Assembly (NCBI GenBank): GCA_903943975.1
Contig: CAJAQB010000021.1
Span: 26,697-90,696 of the forward strand
Length of the DNA: 64,000 nt
Direction of reading: 5' to 3'
From: Synechococcus lacustris
GTDB lineage: Bacteria; Cyanobacteriota; Cyanobacteriia; PCC-6307; Cyanobiaceae
The notes under the pieces are model-generated. The model was not told the DNA's origin. It searched no databases and saw only the letters and a list, made by a program, of their open reading frames with translations. Below, one piece after another: positions 25,583 through 35,909 of the stretch. Numbering within the stretch: the stretch's first letter is position 1; every line of letters starts with the position of its first letter. Both the position numbers and the translations under genes were made by a program.

Positions 25583-28096
25583 TTACACGCCGGCGTTGGC
25601 CAGCTCAGGTTGGGGCAGGGCCGCCTGGCGGATCACCACCTGTTTGTCATCGTCCACATCCACAAGGGCGGCATCGCCATCCTTGAGGCGACCGGAGAGG
25701 AACTCCTCGGCCAGGCTGTCTTCCAGCAGGCGCATCACCGCCCGGCGCAGGGGGCGGGCCCCATAGCTCGGGTTGTAGCCCTCTTCCACCAGCCGTTCCT
25801 TGAAGGCTTCGGTAACGGAGAGGTGGATGCCCTTCTCCAGCATCCGGGCAAATACCTCCCGCAGCATGATGTCTGCGATCAGTTTCACCTCGTCGCGGTT
25901 GAGCTGACGGAAGACGATGATTTCATCGAGACGGTTGAGGAATTCAGGCCTGAAGTATTGCTTCAGTTCCTCATTCACCAGCGAGCGAATGCGGGTGTAC
26001 TGATTCTCTTCGGCGTCTCCACCACCGAATTCAAAGCCGAGGCCACCGCCGCCCTTCTCGATCACCTTCGAACCGATGTTCGAGGTCATGATGATCAGGG
26101 TGTTCTTGAAGTCCACCGTGCGGCCCTTGGAATCGGTCAGGCGACCGTCTTCGAGGAGTTGCAGCAGCAGGTTAAAGACATCGGGGTGGGCCTTCTCGAT
26201 TTCATCGAACAGCACCACGGTGTAGGGCCGCCGCCGCACCGCTTCGGTGAGCTGACCGCCTTCGTTGAAGCCCACATAGCCCGGAGGCGAACCGATCAGC
26301 TTGCTGACCGTATGGCGCTCCATGAACTCCGACATATCGAGGCGGATCATCGCCTCTTCGCTGCCGAAGAAATAGGCGGCCAGGGCTTTGGTGAGCTCGG
26401 TTTTACCAACGCCGGTGGGGCCGGAGAAGATGAAGCTGGCGATCGGCCGATTCGGGTTCTTGAGACCCACCCGGGCCCGCCGGATCGCCTTGGATACGGC
26501 CTTCACCGCCTCATCCTGGCCAATCAAGCGCTGGTGGAGGGTTTCCTCCATGTTCAGCAGCTTCGCCGATTCACTTTCGGTGAGTTTCTGCACCGGTACG
26601 CCGGTCCAGGAGGCAACGATCTGGGCGATGTCCTCTTCATCAACCACGGGCATGCTGTCTTCAACAGCCACCACGCCAGCTTCAGCGGTGGCGGCCGCTT
26701 CATTGGCGTTGTCTTCCCGGCGGGTTTGGGTGATGCCGCGGATTTGATCGCGCAGCTCCACTTCCTTGTCGCGCAGCTCCCCGGCCTTGGCGTAGTTCTG
26801 CTCCCGCACGGACTGTTCTTTTTGCTTCTGCACCTCGCGTAGTTGCTTGTCGAGCTCCTTAGCGGCGGGGGGCAGTTTTGAATTGAGCAGTCGCACGCGG
26901 CTGCCGGCTTCGTCGATCAGGTCGATCGCCTTATCGGGCAGGAAGCGGTCGCTGATGTAGCGATCGCCCAGGGTGGCGGCAGCCACCAGGGCGTCGTCGC
27001 TGATCTTGAGGCGATGGTGCTGCTCGTAGCGCTCCCGCAGGCCCTGGAGGATTTCGATCGTTTCGGCCACGGAGGGTTCCCCCACCATCACCGGCTGGAA
27101 GCGCCGTTCCAGGGCGGCATCCCGTTCGATGTGCTTGCGGTATTCGTCGAGGGTGGTGGCACCAATGCACTGCAGTTCGCCCCGGGCCAGGGCTGGCTTG
27201 AGGATGTTGGCGGCATCAATTGCCCCCTCGGCGGCACCGGCGCCGATCAGGGTGTGCACCTCGTCGATCACCAGGATCACGTTGCCGGCACCCCGGATTT
27301 CCTCCATGATTTTTTTGAGGCGTTCCTCAAATTCACCCCGGTACTTGGTGCCAGCCACCAGCAAACCGATGTCGAGGGTGAGTACCCGCTTGTCCTCAAG
27401 GATGTCTGGGATTTCGCCGGCGGTGATCCGCTGGGCTAAACCTTCGGCGATGGCGGTTTTACCCACCCCCGGTTCGCCGATTAGCACCGGGTTGTTCTTG
27501 GTGCGGCGCCCGAGGATCTGGATCACCCGGTCGATTTCGTTCTGACGACCCACCACCGGATCAAGCTTGCCTTCGGCGGCCAGCTGGGTGAGGTTGCTGC
27601 CGAATTCGTCAAGGGTGGGGGTTTTGGTGCTGCCCTTGCTGCTGCCCGCTGCCACCTCGGCGGTTTCGCCCAGCATGCGGATCACCTGGGTGCGCACCTT
27701 GGCGAGATCAACGCCGAGGTTTTCCAGCACCCGGGCGGCGACGCCTTCGCCCTCCCGGATCAGCCCCAGCAGCAGGTGCTCGGTACCTATGTAGTTGTGG
27801 CCCAGCTGGCGGGCCTCTTCTAGGGAAAGCTCCAGCACCCGCTTGGCCCTAGGGGTGAAGGGGATCTCCACCGCCACAAAGCCGGAGCCCCGGCCGATGA
27901 TTTTCTCCACTTCCACCCGGGCGTCCTTGAGGTTGACCCCCATCGACTTGAGCACCTTGGCGGCGACGCCGGTGCCCTCACCGATCAACCCCAGCAATAT
28001 CTGCTCGGTGCCCACGAAGTTGTGCCCAAGCCGCCGGGCCTCTTCCTGGGCCAGCATGATCACCTTGATGGCCTTCTCGGTAAACCGCTCGAACAT
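25583..28096 (-). CDS. clpC: ATP-dependent Clp protease ATP-binding subunit ClpC
   Basis: '[41 protein letters not shown]' is the Clp_N repeat. There are two AAA+ modules (GEPGVGKTA; GPTGVGKTE) and a UVR-like linker. Confidence 0.95.
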   Translation of the reverse strand: MFERFTEKAIKVIMLAQEEARRLGHNFVGTEQILLGLIGEGTGVAAKVLKSMGVNLKDARVEVEKIIGRGSGFVAVEIPFTPRAKRVLELSLEEARQLGHNYIGTEHLLLGLIREGEGVAARVLENLGVDLAKVRTQVIRMLGETAEVAAGSSKGSTKTPTLDEFGSNLTQLAAEGKLDPVVGRQNEIDRVIQILGRRTKNNPVLIGEPGVGKTAIAEGLAQRITAGEIPDILEDKRVLTLDIGLLVAGTKYRGEFEERLKKIMEEIRGAGNVILVIDEVHTLIGAGAAEGAIDAANILKPALARGELQCIGATTLDEYRKHIERDAALERRFQPVMVGEPSVAETIEILQGLRERYEQHHRLKISDDALVAAATLGDRYISDRFLPDKAIDLIDEAGSRVRLLNSKLPPAAKELDKQLREVQKQKEQSVREQNYAKAGELRDKEVELRDQIRGITQTRREDNANEAAATAEAGVVAVEDSMPVVDEEDIAQIVASWTGVPVQKLTESESAKLLNMEETLHQRLIGQDEAVKAVSKAIRRARVGLKNPNRPIASFIFSGPTGVGKTELTKALAAYFFGSEEAMIRLDMSEFMERHTVSKLIGSPPGYVGFNEGGQLTEAVRRRPYTVVLFDEIEKAHPDVFNLLLQLLEDGRLTDSKGRTVDFKNTLIIMTSNIGSKVIEKGGGGLGFEFGGGDAEENQYTRIRSLVNEELKQYFRPEFLNRLDEIIVFRQLNRDEVKLIADIMLREVFARMLEKGIHLSVTEAFKERLVEEGYNPSYGARPLRRAVMRLLEDSLAEEFLSGRLKDGDAALVDVDDDKQVVIRQAALPQPELANAGV

Positions 28097-28276
28097 GGGA
28101 GGCGGCAGTGCCTGCAGATGTATCCAACCTATCAGGAATTGGAGGGATGCTGTGGTGCTGCAGTGTGGGTGGGATTACGCCGTTCATCTTTACAGAACTT
28201 TTGATGCTCAATTCGCCGCAGATCAGTTGCGCTGGAAGCGTTTAGCCACAAGTTCGTACAAAAAAGCCGCTGGGCT

Positions 28277-28798
28277 TTAGTGAAAAGAAGGGGCGGGAAT
28301 CCGCACTTCTTCAACATGCTTGAGTTCCAGCCATTGAATCAGAGCTGCATCGCCGTTGCGGTAGTAGCGGCGACGGATTCCAACGGTGCTAAACCCCAGG
28401 CCGCCATAGAGCCCCTGGGCGGCCCCGTTGCTCTCTGCCACCTCCAGGCTGGCCTGGCCACAGCCCTGCCGCTGGGCTTCCTGGAGCAGGGTCGTGAGCA
28501 CCTGGCGCCCCAGCCCCCGCCGCCGCCAGCTGGGATCCACCGCCACCAGGGTGAGTTGCAGTTCCCCGACCACCAGCCAGCCGCTGGCCAGGCTCAGCAG
28601 CTCCTGCCCTTGCCATTGGCCGAAGCAGAGACTGCCCTGGCGGCCGAGCTCCTGCTGCCACTGGCTTTCCGACCAGAAGCCCCCCAGGGCCCGCCGGTCG
28701 AGGGCCTGGGCCGGCCCCAGGGCGTTCAGATCGAGCGCCAGGGGGGCGCTGGGGCTGAAAGGATGGGGGGGTTCTTCAGCACACCAGTCCTTGGTCAT
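28277..28798 (-). CDS. rimI: GNAT acetyltransferase, RimI-like
   Basis: 'LTLVAVDPSWRRRGLGRQVLTTLL' (acetyl-CoA Q/RxxGxG/A motif) and 'LEVAESNGAAQGLYGGLGF' fit RimI. The only canonical start is the ATG at 28798. Confidence 0.72.
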   Translation of the reverse strand: MTKDWCAEEPPHPFSPSAPLALDLNALGPAQALDRRALGGFWSESQWQQELGRQGSLCFGQWQGQELLSLASGWLVVGELQLTLVAVDPSWRRRGLGRQVLTTLLQEAQRQGCGQASLEVAESNGAAQGLYGGLGFSTVGIRRRYYRNGDAALIQWLELKHVEEVRIPAPSFH

Positions 28799-30188
28799 GG
28801 CGAGTACGCAGACGGATGCAGCGGCACCGTTGCCTTGGGCTGGGGAGGGTTTGGATCTTCATAGCCCTAACCGCAATCTTGCTCCTTTGTCTGCGGCCTT
28901 GGATGCCGAGGGGCGGCTCAGCGTGGGGGGCTGCCTGCTCAGTGAGCTGGCCCACCGCTTTGGCACACCTCTATATGTGCTTGATGAACTAAGCCTGCGC
29001 AGCAGCTGTCGCGCCTACCGGGAGGCGTTGGAACGCCATTACCCCGGTCCGGCCCTGGCCCTCTATGCCTCAAAGGCCAACAGCAGCCTGGCGATCACCG
29101 CCCTGGTGGCCTCCGAGGGGCTGGGGTTGGATGCGGTTTCGGCGGGGGAACTGCTCACCGCCATCGAGGGGGGGATGCCGCCGGAGCGGATCGTGCTCCA
29201 TGGCAACAACAAATCCAGTGAAGAGCTGGCCCTGGCCCTGCAGCACGGGGTAACGGTGGTGGTGGACAACTGGCGTGATGTGGAGCTGCTCACGGAGTTG
29301 GCCCGCGGTCGCCCTGGCCCGGTGCCGTTAATGCTGCGTTTTACCCCGGGGATCGAGTGCCACACCCACGAGTACATCCGCACCGGTCACCTCGATAGCA
29401 AGTTTGGCTTCGACCCCGATCAACTGGAGGAGGTGCTCACCCACCTGGCCACCTGTCGCTGGGCCCAGGTGCGCGGTCTCCACGCCCACATCGGTTCCCA
29501 GATCTTCGAGCTGGAACCCCACCGCGACCTGGCCGGGGTGCTGGCCGATGCCCTGCAATTGGCCCGCCGTTTAGGCCACAACGTCACCGATCTAAACGTG
29601 GGGGGCGGGCTGGGCATCCGCTATGTGGAATCCGATGATCCCCCGTCCATAGACAGCTGGGTGCAGGTGGTGGCCGAGGCCGTGGCCGCCGCCTGCCGCG
29701 AACGGGAGCTGGAGCTGCCGCGGCTGCTCTGTGAACCGGGCCGCTCCCTGGTGGCGCCGGCGGGGGTCACCCTCTATGAGCTGGGCAGCCGCAAGCAGAT
29801 CCCCGGCTTCAGCACCTACCTGGCGGTGGATGGCGGCATGAGCGATAACCCGCGGCCAATCACCTATCAATCCAGCTACACCGCCTGCCTGGCGGACCGG
29901 CCTGGGGCAGCGGCGGTTGAAACCGTGACCTTGGCGGGCAAGCACTGTGAATCGGGGGATGTGTTGCTGCGGGAGTTGCCCCTGCCGGCCAGCAAACCCG
30001 GCGATGTGTTGGTGGTGTTGGCCACAGGCGCCTACAACGCCTCGATGGGCTCCAATTACAACCGCATCCCCCGGCCGGCCACGGTGCTGGTGGGCGATGG
30101 CCGCGCTGAATTGGTGCAGCGCCGGGAACGACCAGACGAGCTGCTGCGCTACGACGTGCTGCCAGAGCGGCTGCGATCGGTAGGGTGA
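28797..30188 (+). CDS. lysA: Diaminopimelate decarboxylase
   Basis: 'FGTPLYVLDE', 'LYASKANS' (PLP Lys), 'HGNNKS', 'HAHIGSQ', 'GGGLGI' and 'CESGD' are LysA motifs. ATG 28797 is in frame; the track ORF start at 28428 is a shadow extension through rimI. Confidence 0.92.
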   Translation: MASTQTDAAAPLPWAGEGLDLHSPNRNLAPLSAALDAEGRLSVGGCLLSELAHRFGTPLYVLDELSLRSSCRAYREALERHYPGPALALYASKANSSLAITALVASEGLGLDAVSAGELLTAIEGGMPPERIVLHGNNKSSEELALALQHGVTVVVDNWRDVELLTELARGRPGPVPLMLRFTPGIECHTHEYIRTGHLDSKFGFDPDQLEEVLTHLATCRWAQVRGLHAHIGSQIFELEPHRDLAGVLADALQLARRLGHNVTDLNVGGGLGIRYVESDDPPSIDSWVQVVAEAVAAACRERELELPRLLCEPGRSLVAPAGVTLYELGSRKQIPGFSTYLAVDGGMSDNPRPITYQSSYTACLADRPGAAAVETVTLAGKHCESGDVLLRELPLPASKPGDVLVVLATGAYNASMGSNYNRIPRPATVLVGDGRAELVQRRERPDELLRYDVLPERLRSVG

Positions 30189-30214
30189 GCCCAGGGGGAC
30201 TTCAGGACTAAGCG

Positions 30215-31060
30215 GTGTTCTGGCTGAGACTTTTTCTCGACCTGCTGTTTGCCGCCAGCCTCGGCTTTTTGCTGTTGGGGCGCGTTACAGAGCAGCGCAC
30301 CCTCTGGTTGCTGAGGGGTTACCTGCTGCTGGTGGCCGTGGGCTGGTTATTGCAGCGCTATGGCGATCTGCCGCTCACCGCCAAGCTGATGGAAGCCTTG
30401 GTGCTGGTTTGTGGCCTCGCCCTGGCGATCCTGCTCCAGGGGGAACTGCGGCGGCTGTTGGAATTGCTGGGCACCGGCCGGCTGGATGTGCTGCTCGGTA
30501 GCCGCCAGCAAGACCGTCAGGATTCAGGCACCGTTGAAATCCTGGTGGAAACCGTGGGGCAGCTGTCGAAGCGCCGCTGTGGGGGCTTGATCGTGCTGGA
30601 TCTCGGCAGTGACCTGCGCCCGGAGGATTTCCTCAACCCAGGGGTGCAGATCGATGCGCTGCTGTCGGTGGATTTGCTGCTGAATTTGTTTTCATCGGAA
30701 ACGCCGCTCCACGATGGGGCCGTGTTGATTCAGAGCAATCGCATCGCCGCCGCCGGCGTGATCTTGCCCCTCTCCCGCCAAAGCCTCACCCGCCATGGCA
30801 CCCGGCACCTGGCGGCCCTGGGCCTCACCGAACGTTTTGAACGCTGCCTGTGCGTGGTGGTTTCCGAGGAGTCGGGCACGATTTCGCTGGCCTCCCAGGG
30901 CAAGTTTGAGCGGCCGATCACCAACCAGCGCCTGCGCGAGTTGCTAAACGAATCGCTGCAGCTGCAGGCGGGTGAACGGCGCCGACGCCAGCCACGTACG
31001 CTGCCTAAAGCAAATCCCAGCGGCGACTCCGCTGAACCGAGCCCACGGATACGCCCATGA
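30215..31060 (+). CDS. cdaA: Diadenylate cyclase CdaA (c-di-AMP synthase)
   Basis: Three N-terminal TMs plus a DAC domain with 'LHDGAVLI', 'GTRHLAALG' and '[11 protein letters not shown]'. Confidence 0.88.
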   Translation: MFWLRLFLDLLFAASLGFLLLGRVTEQRTLWLLRGYLLLVAVGWLLQRYGDLPLTAKLMEALVLVCGLALAILLQGELRRLLELLGTGRLDVLLGSRQQDRQDSGTVEILVETVGQLSKRRCGGLIVLDLGSDLRPEDFLNPGVQIDALLSVDLLLNLFSSETPLHDGAVLIQSNRIAAAGVILPLSRQSLTRHGTRHLAALGLTERFERCLCVVVSEESGTISLASQGKFERPITNQRLRELLNESLQLQAGERRRRQPRTLPKANPSGDSAEPSPRIRP

Positions 31061-31830
31061 GTCGGCCCCTGGTGACGGCCGCCCGCTCCACCGCCCTTTC
31101 GTCGTTGCCTGCGGACCTGGACCCAGGCCGCCTGCCGGCCCATGTGGCGGTGATCATGGATGGCAACGGCCGTTGGGCGCGGCAGCGCGGTTTGCCGCGG
31201 GTGATGGGCCACCGCCAGGGGGTGGAAGCGCTCAAAAGCACCCTGCGCCTCTGCAGCGACTGGGGCATCGCCACCCTCACCGCCTATGCCTTTTCCACGG
31301 AGAACTGGTCGCGGCCCGGGGAAGAGGTCAGTTTTTTGATGACCCTGTTTGAGGGGGTGCTGGCCCGGGAGCTGGAGGGGCTGGAACGGGAGGATGTGCG
31401 GATTCGTTTCCTCGGGGATCTCACCGCCCTGCCCGCCGGGCTCCAGAGCCTGATTGAAGATGCCACGGCCCGCACCGCCAGTAACGCTGGCATTCGTTTC
31501 AACGTGTGCACCAACTACGGCAGCCGCCATGAGTTGGTGGAGGTGGCCCGGGAGTTAGCCCGGCGGGTGCAACGGGGCGAGCTAGACCCGGAAGCAATCG
31601 ATGAGGCCGCCTTTGCCTCCGCCCTTCAAACCGCCGGTGAATCAGACCCAGACCTGCTGATCCGCACCAGCGGTGAGTTTCGACTCAGCAACTTCCTGCT
31701 CTGGCAGCTGGCCTACGCCGAGCTGCACATCACCGATGTGCTCTGGCCGGATTTCGATGCTGTGGCCTTGGCCACGGCCCTGGGGGATTTCCAGCGGCGG
31801 CAGCGGCGCTTTGGCGGCGTGCTGTCCTAG
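31057..31830 (+). CDS. uppS: Undecaprenyl-diphosphate synthase (cis-prenyltransferase)
   Basis: '[13 protein letters not shown]', '[14 protein letters not shown]' and '[23 protein letters not shown]' are UppS motifs. ATGA overlap with cdaA. Confidence 0.93.
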   Translation: MSRPLVTAARSTALSSLPADLDPGRLPAHVAVIMDGNGRWARQRGLPRVMGHRQGVEALKSTLRLCSDWGIATLTAYAFSTENWSRPGEEVSFLMTLFEGVLARELEGLEREDVRIRFLGDLTALPAGLQSLIEDATARTASNAGIRFNVCTNYGSRHELVEVARELARRVQRGELDPEAIDEAAFASALQTAGESDPDLLIRTSGEFRLSNFLLWQLAYAELHITDVLWPDFDAVALATALGDFQRRQRRFGGVLS

Positions 31831-31866
31831 ACCCGTCTTAGATCATTTGAGCGCCCGGCCCTGCCC

Positions 31867-32862
31867 TTGACTGCTGCCCCTGCCCCCTCTGCCCCATCTG
31901 TCTCTGCCTTGCGCCACGACTGGAGCCTGGCGGAGATTGAGGCGCTGCTGCAGTTGCCCCTGGTGGATCTGCTCTGGCAGGCCCAGCAGGTGCACCGCCA
32001 GGTGAATCCCAACTACGAGGTGCAGCTGGCCTCGTTGTTGAGTGTGCGCACCGGTGGCTGTGAGGAGGACTGTGCCTATTGCCCCCAGTCTCTGCATAAC
32101 AGCAGTGATGTGACTGGTCGGCCTGAGCTGGAGCTGCAGGTGGAGGCGGTGTTGGAACGGGCTAAGGCGGCCCAACAAGCCGGCGCTAACCGTTTTTGCA
32201 TGGGCTGGGCCTGGCGGGAAATCCGCGATGGCGCCCCCTTTGAGGCGATGCTGGAGATGGTGCGGGGGGTGCGGCAGCTGGGTCTAGAGGCCTGCGTGAC
32301 CGCCGGGATGATTACAAACGAGCAGGCCCAGCGCCTGGCGGCGGCTGGCCTCACCTCCTACAACCACAACCTCGATACCAGCCCAGAGCACTACGGGCAG
32401 ATCATCAGCACCCGCACCTACCAGGAGCGGCTAGAAACCCTTGACCGCGCCCGCCGGGCCGGCCTCAGCCTCTGTTGTGGCGGCATCATCGGCATGGGCG
32501 AGCAGCTCAGGGACCGGGCCTCGATGCTGCAGGTGCTCGCCAGCCTCAATCCCCATCCCGAGAGCGTGCCGATCAACGGTTTGGTGGCGGTGGAGGGCAC
32601 CCCCCTGGAGGACCAGCCGCCCTTTGAGCCGCTGGATTTGTTGCGCATGGTGGCCACGGCGCGGATCCTGATGCCCCGCAGCCGGGTGCGTCTCAGCGCC
32701 GGCCGCGAGCAGCTCAACCGCGAAGCCCAGATCCTTTGCCTGCTGGCTGGAGCCGATTCGATCTTCTACGGCGACACCCTGCTCACCACCGCTAACCCCG
32801 CCGTGGAGACAGATCGGGCCCTGCTGGCCGCCGCCGGCGTGCAAGTGCTGGAGCGGAGCTAA
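31867..32862 (+). CDS. bioB: Biotin synthase (radical SAM)
   Basis: It has the '[13 protein letters not shown]' CxxxCxxC cluster, plus 'FCMGWAWR' and 'YNHNLDTS'. TTG start. Confidence 0.93.
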   Translation: MTAAPAPSAPSVSALRHDWSLAEIEALLQLPLVDLLWQAQQVHRQVNPNYEVQLASLLSVRTGGCEEDCAYCPQSLHNSSDVTGRPELELQVEAVLERAKAAQQAGANRFCMGWAWREIRDGAPFEAMLEMVRGVRQLGLEACVTAGMITNEQAQRLAAAGLTSYNHNLDTSPEHYGQIISTRTYQERLETLDRARRAGLSLCCGGIIGMGEQLRDRASMLQVLASLNPHPESVPINGLVAVEGTPLEDQPPFEPLDLLRMVATARILMPRSRVRLSAGREQLNREAQILCLLAGADSIFYGDTLLTTANPAVETDRALLAAAGVQVLERS

Positions 32863-32866
32863 ATCA

Positions 32867-33799
32867 ATGACAGACCTTTTCCAACTGGCAGCCTTCTACA
32901 AGTTCGTAGCCCTCGAACCGCTGGCGCCCCTGCGGGAGCAGCTGCTGGCCGTGGCCAAGGCAGGGGCGGTGCAGGGCACGATCCTGTTGGCGGCCGAGGG
33001 GCTTAATGGCACGGTTTGCGGCCCGGAGGCGGGGATCAGCAAATTGTTGGCGCAGCTGCGTAGCGATCGGCGTTTGGCTGATCTGGAGGTGAAGTTGAGC
33101 TGGGCGCCCCGCCAGAGCTTCCATCGGCTCAAGGTGCGTTTCAAAAATGAAATCGTCACGATGGGCTGCCCCAGCATTAAGCCCACGGAGCTGGTGGGCA
33201 CCTATGTGCCCCCAGAAGAGTGGAATGCCCTGATCAATGACCCCACCACCCTCGTTGTTGACACCCGCAATGACTACGAGGTGGCCGTGGGAACGTTTGA
33301 GGGGGCGATTGACCCAGAGATCAGCCATTTCCGTCAGTTTCCCGCCTGGGTGGACCAGCAGCTGCGCCCCCTGGTGGAAGAACGGAAACCGCAGCGCTTA
33401 GCCCTGTTTTGCACCGGTGGGATCCGTTGCGAAAAGGCGACTGCTTACCTGTTGCAACAGGGTTTTGAAGGGGTGAACCACCTGCAGGGGGGGATCCTCA
33501 AGTACCTGGAGCAGGTGCCAGAGGCCGAGAGCAGCTGGAACGGCGAGTGTTTTGTTTTTGACCAGCGGGTGGCCGTTAACCACAAGCTGGAGCCAGGCGT
33601 ACACAGCCTTTGCCATGCCTGTGGTTTGCCCTTGGCCCCCGAGGATCGCCAGCTGGCCAGCTACGTGGAGGGGGTGAGCTGTGTCCATTGCCTTGGGCGC
33701 TTCAGTGACGCCGACCGCCGCCGTTTCGCCGACCGGCAACGGCAGATGAAGCTGGCGGCCGCCCGCGGCGAGCTTCACCTCGGCAACCCAGCAAATTGA
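32867..33799 (+). CDS. trhO: Rhodanese-domain tRNA U34 hydroxylase TrhO (UPF0176/YceA)
   Basis: 'AAFYKFVALE', 'GTILLAAEGLNGTVCG', the rhodanese active-site 'FCTGGIRCEKA', and a C-terminal Cys cluster (CHACG...CVHC). Confidence 0.85.
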   Translation: MTDLFQLAAFYKFVALEPLAPLREQLLAVAKAGAVQGTILLAAEGLNGTVCGPEAGISKLLAQLRSDRRLADLEVKLSWAPRQSFHRLKVRFKNEIVTMGCPSIKPTELVGTYVPPEEWNALINDPTTLVVDTRNDYEVAVGTFEGAIDPEISHFRQFPAWVDQQLRPLVEERKPQRLALFCTGGIRCEKATAYLLQQGFEGVNHLQGGILKYLEQVPEAESSWNGECFVFDQRVAVNHKLEPGVHSLCHACGLPLAPEDRQLASYVEGVSCVHCLGRFSDADRRRFADRQRQMKLAAARGELHLGNPAN

Positions 33800-34287
33800 G
33801 CCCCTTAGAAGACCTTGAACGCCAGGCCGCCGAGCGGGGCCTGCTGCTGCGCCTGCAGTTGGGGGGCGCCGGTGGCCTGCAAACCCTGCGGGTGGGGGTG
33901 GCCCGGCGGGAGGGGGAGCGCTTGCTGTTGCTGGGGGAACTGAAGGGCTGGACTTTGCCCTTGGCCGCTGGGCTCCAGCTAGACACCATGCGGGTGCAGG
34001 GGGCCGCCACCCAGGGGGTGGGGCCGTTGATCTGGGCCGCCACTTTTGCCTGGGCCCTAGGGGCCAGCCCCTGTCGCCGCGCCCGGCTGCTGGCGATTCG
34101 AGACGACGACCGCCAACACCAACGGCTGGTGCGTTATTTCCGACGGCTCGGTTTTGCTCCGGTGCGGGAGCTGGGGGCCGGTGTGCTGGATCTGCCGCTG
34201 CGTTTGGTGTGGGGCGGAGCGGGTTTATTGATGACAGCCGATTGTGCCGAGGGCTTGGCGCGCAGCCAGCGGCTTTGGGGGGCCTGA
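33796..34287 (+). CDS. Hypothetical protein (possibly GNAT-like C-terminus '...RYFRRLGF')
   Basis: 163-aa ORF with a TTG start that overlaps the trhO stop. No firm family motif. Confidence 0.5.
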   Translation: MSPLEDLERQAAERGLLLRLQLGGAGGLQTLRVGVARREGERLLLLGELKGWTLPLAAGLQLDTMRVQGAATQGVGPLIWAATFAWALGASPCRRARLLAIRDDDRQHQRLVRYFRRLGFAPVRELGAGVLDLPLRLVWGGAGLLMTADCAEGLARSQRLWGA

Positions 34288-34289
34288 GC

Positions 34290-34420
34290 TCAGCGGCAGT
34301 TGCTGAACGCTTCAATGCTCATGCCGATATCTTTCGCGATTTGGCTCAGTAGGGGAGGAGCCACATCTCTGAATTGCTGGTGGGAGCCCCGCTGGCGTAA
34401 CAGCTTGAGAACGGGCGTCC
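34290..34420 (-). pseudogene. Possible degraded HicA-like toxin remnant
   Basis: The minus-strand frame reads ...TPVLKLLRQRGSHQQFRDVAPPLLSQIAKDIGMSIEAFSNCR* (TGA 34292-34290). 'GSHQQFR' and 'L..I.K..G.S.E.F' resemble HicA, but two internal segments and a start codon are missing. Confidence 0.2.
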
Positions 34421-34861
34421 TCAGCCCCGGTGGTATGGCCCCCCCTGCAGGATCGTGCTGGCCCGGTAGAGCTGTTCCAGCAGCAGCAGCCGCGCCAGTT
34501 CGTGGGGGAAGGTGAGGGCTGAAAGGCTTAGCAGCCCCTGGGCCCGGGCCTTAAGGGCAGGGGCATGGCCGTCGGCCCCACCGATCGCCAGGGCCAGCCG
34601 TTGGGAACCCCGTTGGCCCAAGGCCTGGGCCAGGGCCCTGGAGCTGAGCTGTTCCCCCTCTTCGCTTAAGAGCAGCAGCGCTTCGTCTGGTTTTAGGGCC
34701 GCCAGCACCGCTTCGGCTTCCTTCCCAGGGCTGGAATCCTTCAGTTCAAGGATCTCCAAGCCGGGTAGCCGTTTTAGATACATCGCCACCCCCTCCTGCA
34801 GCCAGCCGCGCCGCAGTTTGCCGATGGCGAGGATGCGAATGCGATTTGGGTTGATCAGCAC
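34421..34861 (-). CDS. rlmH: 23S rRNA (pseudouridine1915-N3)-methyltransferase RlmH (SPOUT)
   Basis: '[21 protein letters not shown]', '[10 protein letters not shown]', 'LAIGGADGH' and '[24 protein letters not shown]' are RlmH motifs. GTG start. Confidence 0.9.
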   Translation of the reverse strand: MLINPNRIRILAIGKLRRGWLQEGVAMYLKRLPGLEILELKDSSPGKEAEAVLAALKPDEALLLLSEEGEQLSSRALAQALGQRGSQRLALAIGGADGHAPALKARAQGLLSLSALTFPHELARLLLLEQLYRASTILQGGPYHRG

Positions 34862-34863
34862 AA

Positions 34864-35829
34864 TTAGCTCGCCCCCCTGCGTCCCCGCTGCAAGGTTTGG
34901 TGTGGCAACTCACCGAAAAGCTGCTGGTAGTTTCTGGAGAAATGGCCTGAGGAGTTAAAGCCCCAGGCCCCGGCCAGCTCGGCTACCGATCTTTCTGTTT
35001 GCTGGGCTTCCAGCAGGGCCCGGCGCACGCCATGGAGCCGTTGCAGCCGGATGAACCGCATCGGTGGCATGCCCAAATGTTCCTGAAAACCCTGGATCAA
35101 GCTGCGGCGACTGGCGTATACCTGGCGGCAGAGTTCATCAAGGCTGATCGGCGTGGAGGGATTCTCCAGGGCCCAGCGTTCTACCAGCTGTACAATCTCA
35201 AAACGGGGTGGCAGTCGTTGTTTGCCCTGTTGGCGTTCTTTGCCATCCACGATGGCTTCAATTAAGAGCGGCAGCAGATCGTTTTCGGGGGGAGGGCCAG
35301 GGCCGACCGCTGGCATGGCGAACAGGTTGGTTATGCAGCGGCGCAGCGCCTCTAGGCGTTTCTGCTGCAAGCTCAAAACATTGCTGCTGCCCAGCAGTTT
35401 TGCTAGATCCGGGGCCCCAAGGGCTTCCGCCTGCTCGAACAACATCTCACGGTTGATCGAGGCGATGGCCAGGGTATAGCTAGAGGGCGTAACCAGATGT
35501 ATGGGGAGTTGGGAATCGACCCCATAGAGCTCTGCTTCGCCGATGGATTTCCCATGGGATTGCAGCCCCACACCGCCGGGGCTAGGGGGCACCAGGCTGA
35601 GGCAGAGCAGCAACCTGCCCAGGGCTTTGTCGCCAATCACCACCAGCGAGCGATTGAGTCGGATCCGCAGCAGTTGCAGGCTGCCGAGCTGCAGCCGCTG
35701 CACCTGTCCTTCACAGAGGCCCCCCTCCAATTGCCGCAGCTCCAGTTGAAAGCCAGCGGCCTGCAGGATGGCGGCCAACTGCTCGATTCCGCTGAAATAG
35801 ACGCTTAGTAGGGGAGAGCAAGTCTGCAC
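34864..35829 (-). CDS. AraC/XylS-family transcriptional regulator
   Basis: The C-terminal dual HTH reads '[36 protein letters not shown]...[28 protein letters not shown]'. I chose the GTG at 35829; the track start at 35910 abuts the divergent gene's ATG. Confidence 0.8.
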   Translation of the reverse strand: MQTCSPLLSVYFSGIEQLAAILQAAGFQLELRQLEGGLCEGQVQRLQLGSLQLLRIRLNRSLVVIGDKALGRLLLCLSLVPPSPGGVGLQSHGKSIGEAELYGVDSQLPIHLVTPSSYTLAIASINREMLFEQAEALGAPDLAKLLGSSNVLSLQQKRLEALRRCITNLFAMPAVGPGPPPENDLLPLLIEAIVDGKERQQGKQRLPPRFEIVQLVERWALENPSTPISLDELCRQVYASRRSLIQGFQEHLGMPPMRFIRLQRLHGVRRALLEAQQTERSVAELAGAWGFNSSGHFSRNYQQLFGELPHQTLQRGRRGAS

Positions 35830-35909
35830 TTTTGGAATTTTTGCCCCCTTGGCGTGGGGGGGGTGAGCTCCATAGCGTGCCAGTGAACCCTGGCCACCCT
35901 CTCCGCCCA

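Noticed and set aside
25406-26842. 478-aa ORF antisense to clpC. The same class of long shadow ORFs occurs at 8078-9052, 11261-12310, 19539-21011, 33398-34315, 41608-42468, 57720-58640, 61516-62391 and 61667-62539.
   Set aside because: Their translations are G/A/P/R/Q-rich with no family motifs, while the opposite strand carries unmistakable conserved domains. They are typical stop-poor antisense frames of GC-rich DNA.
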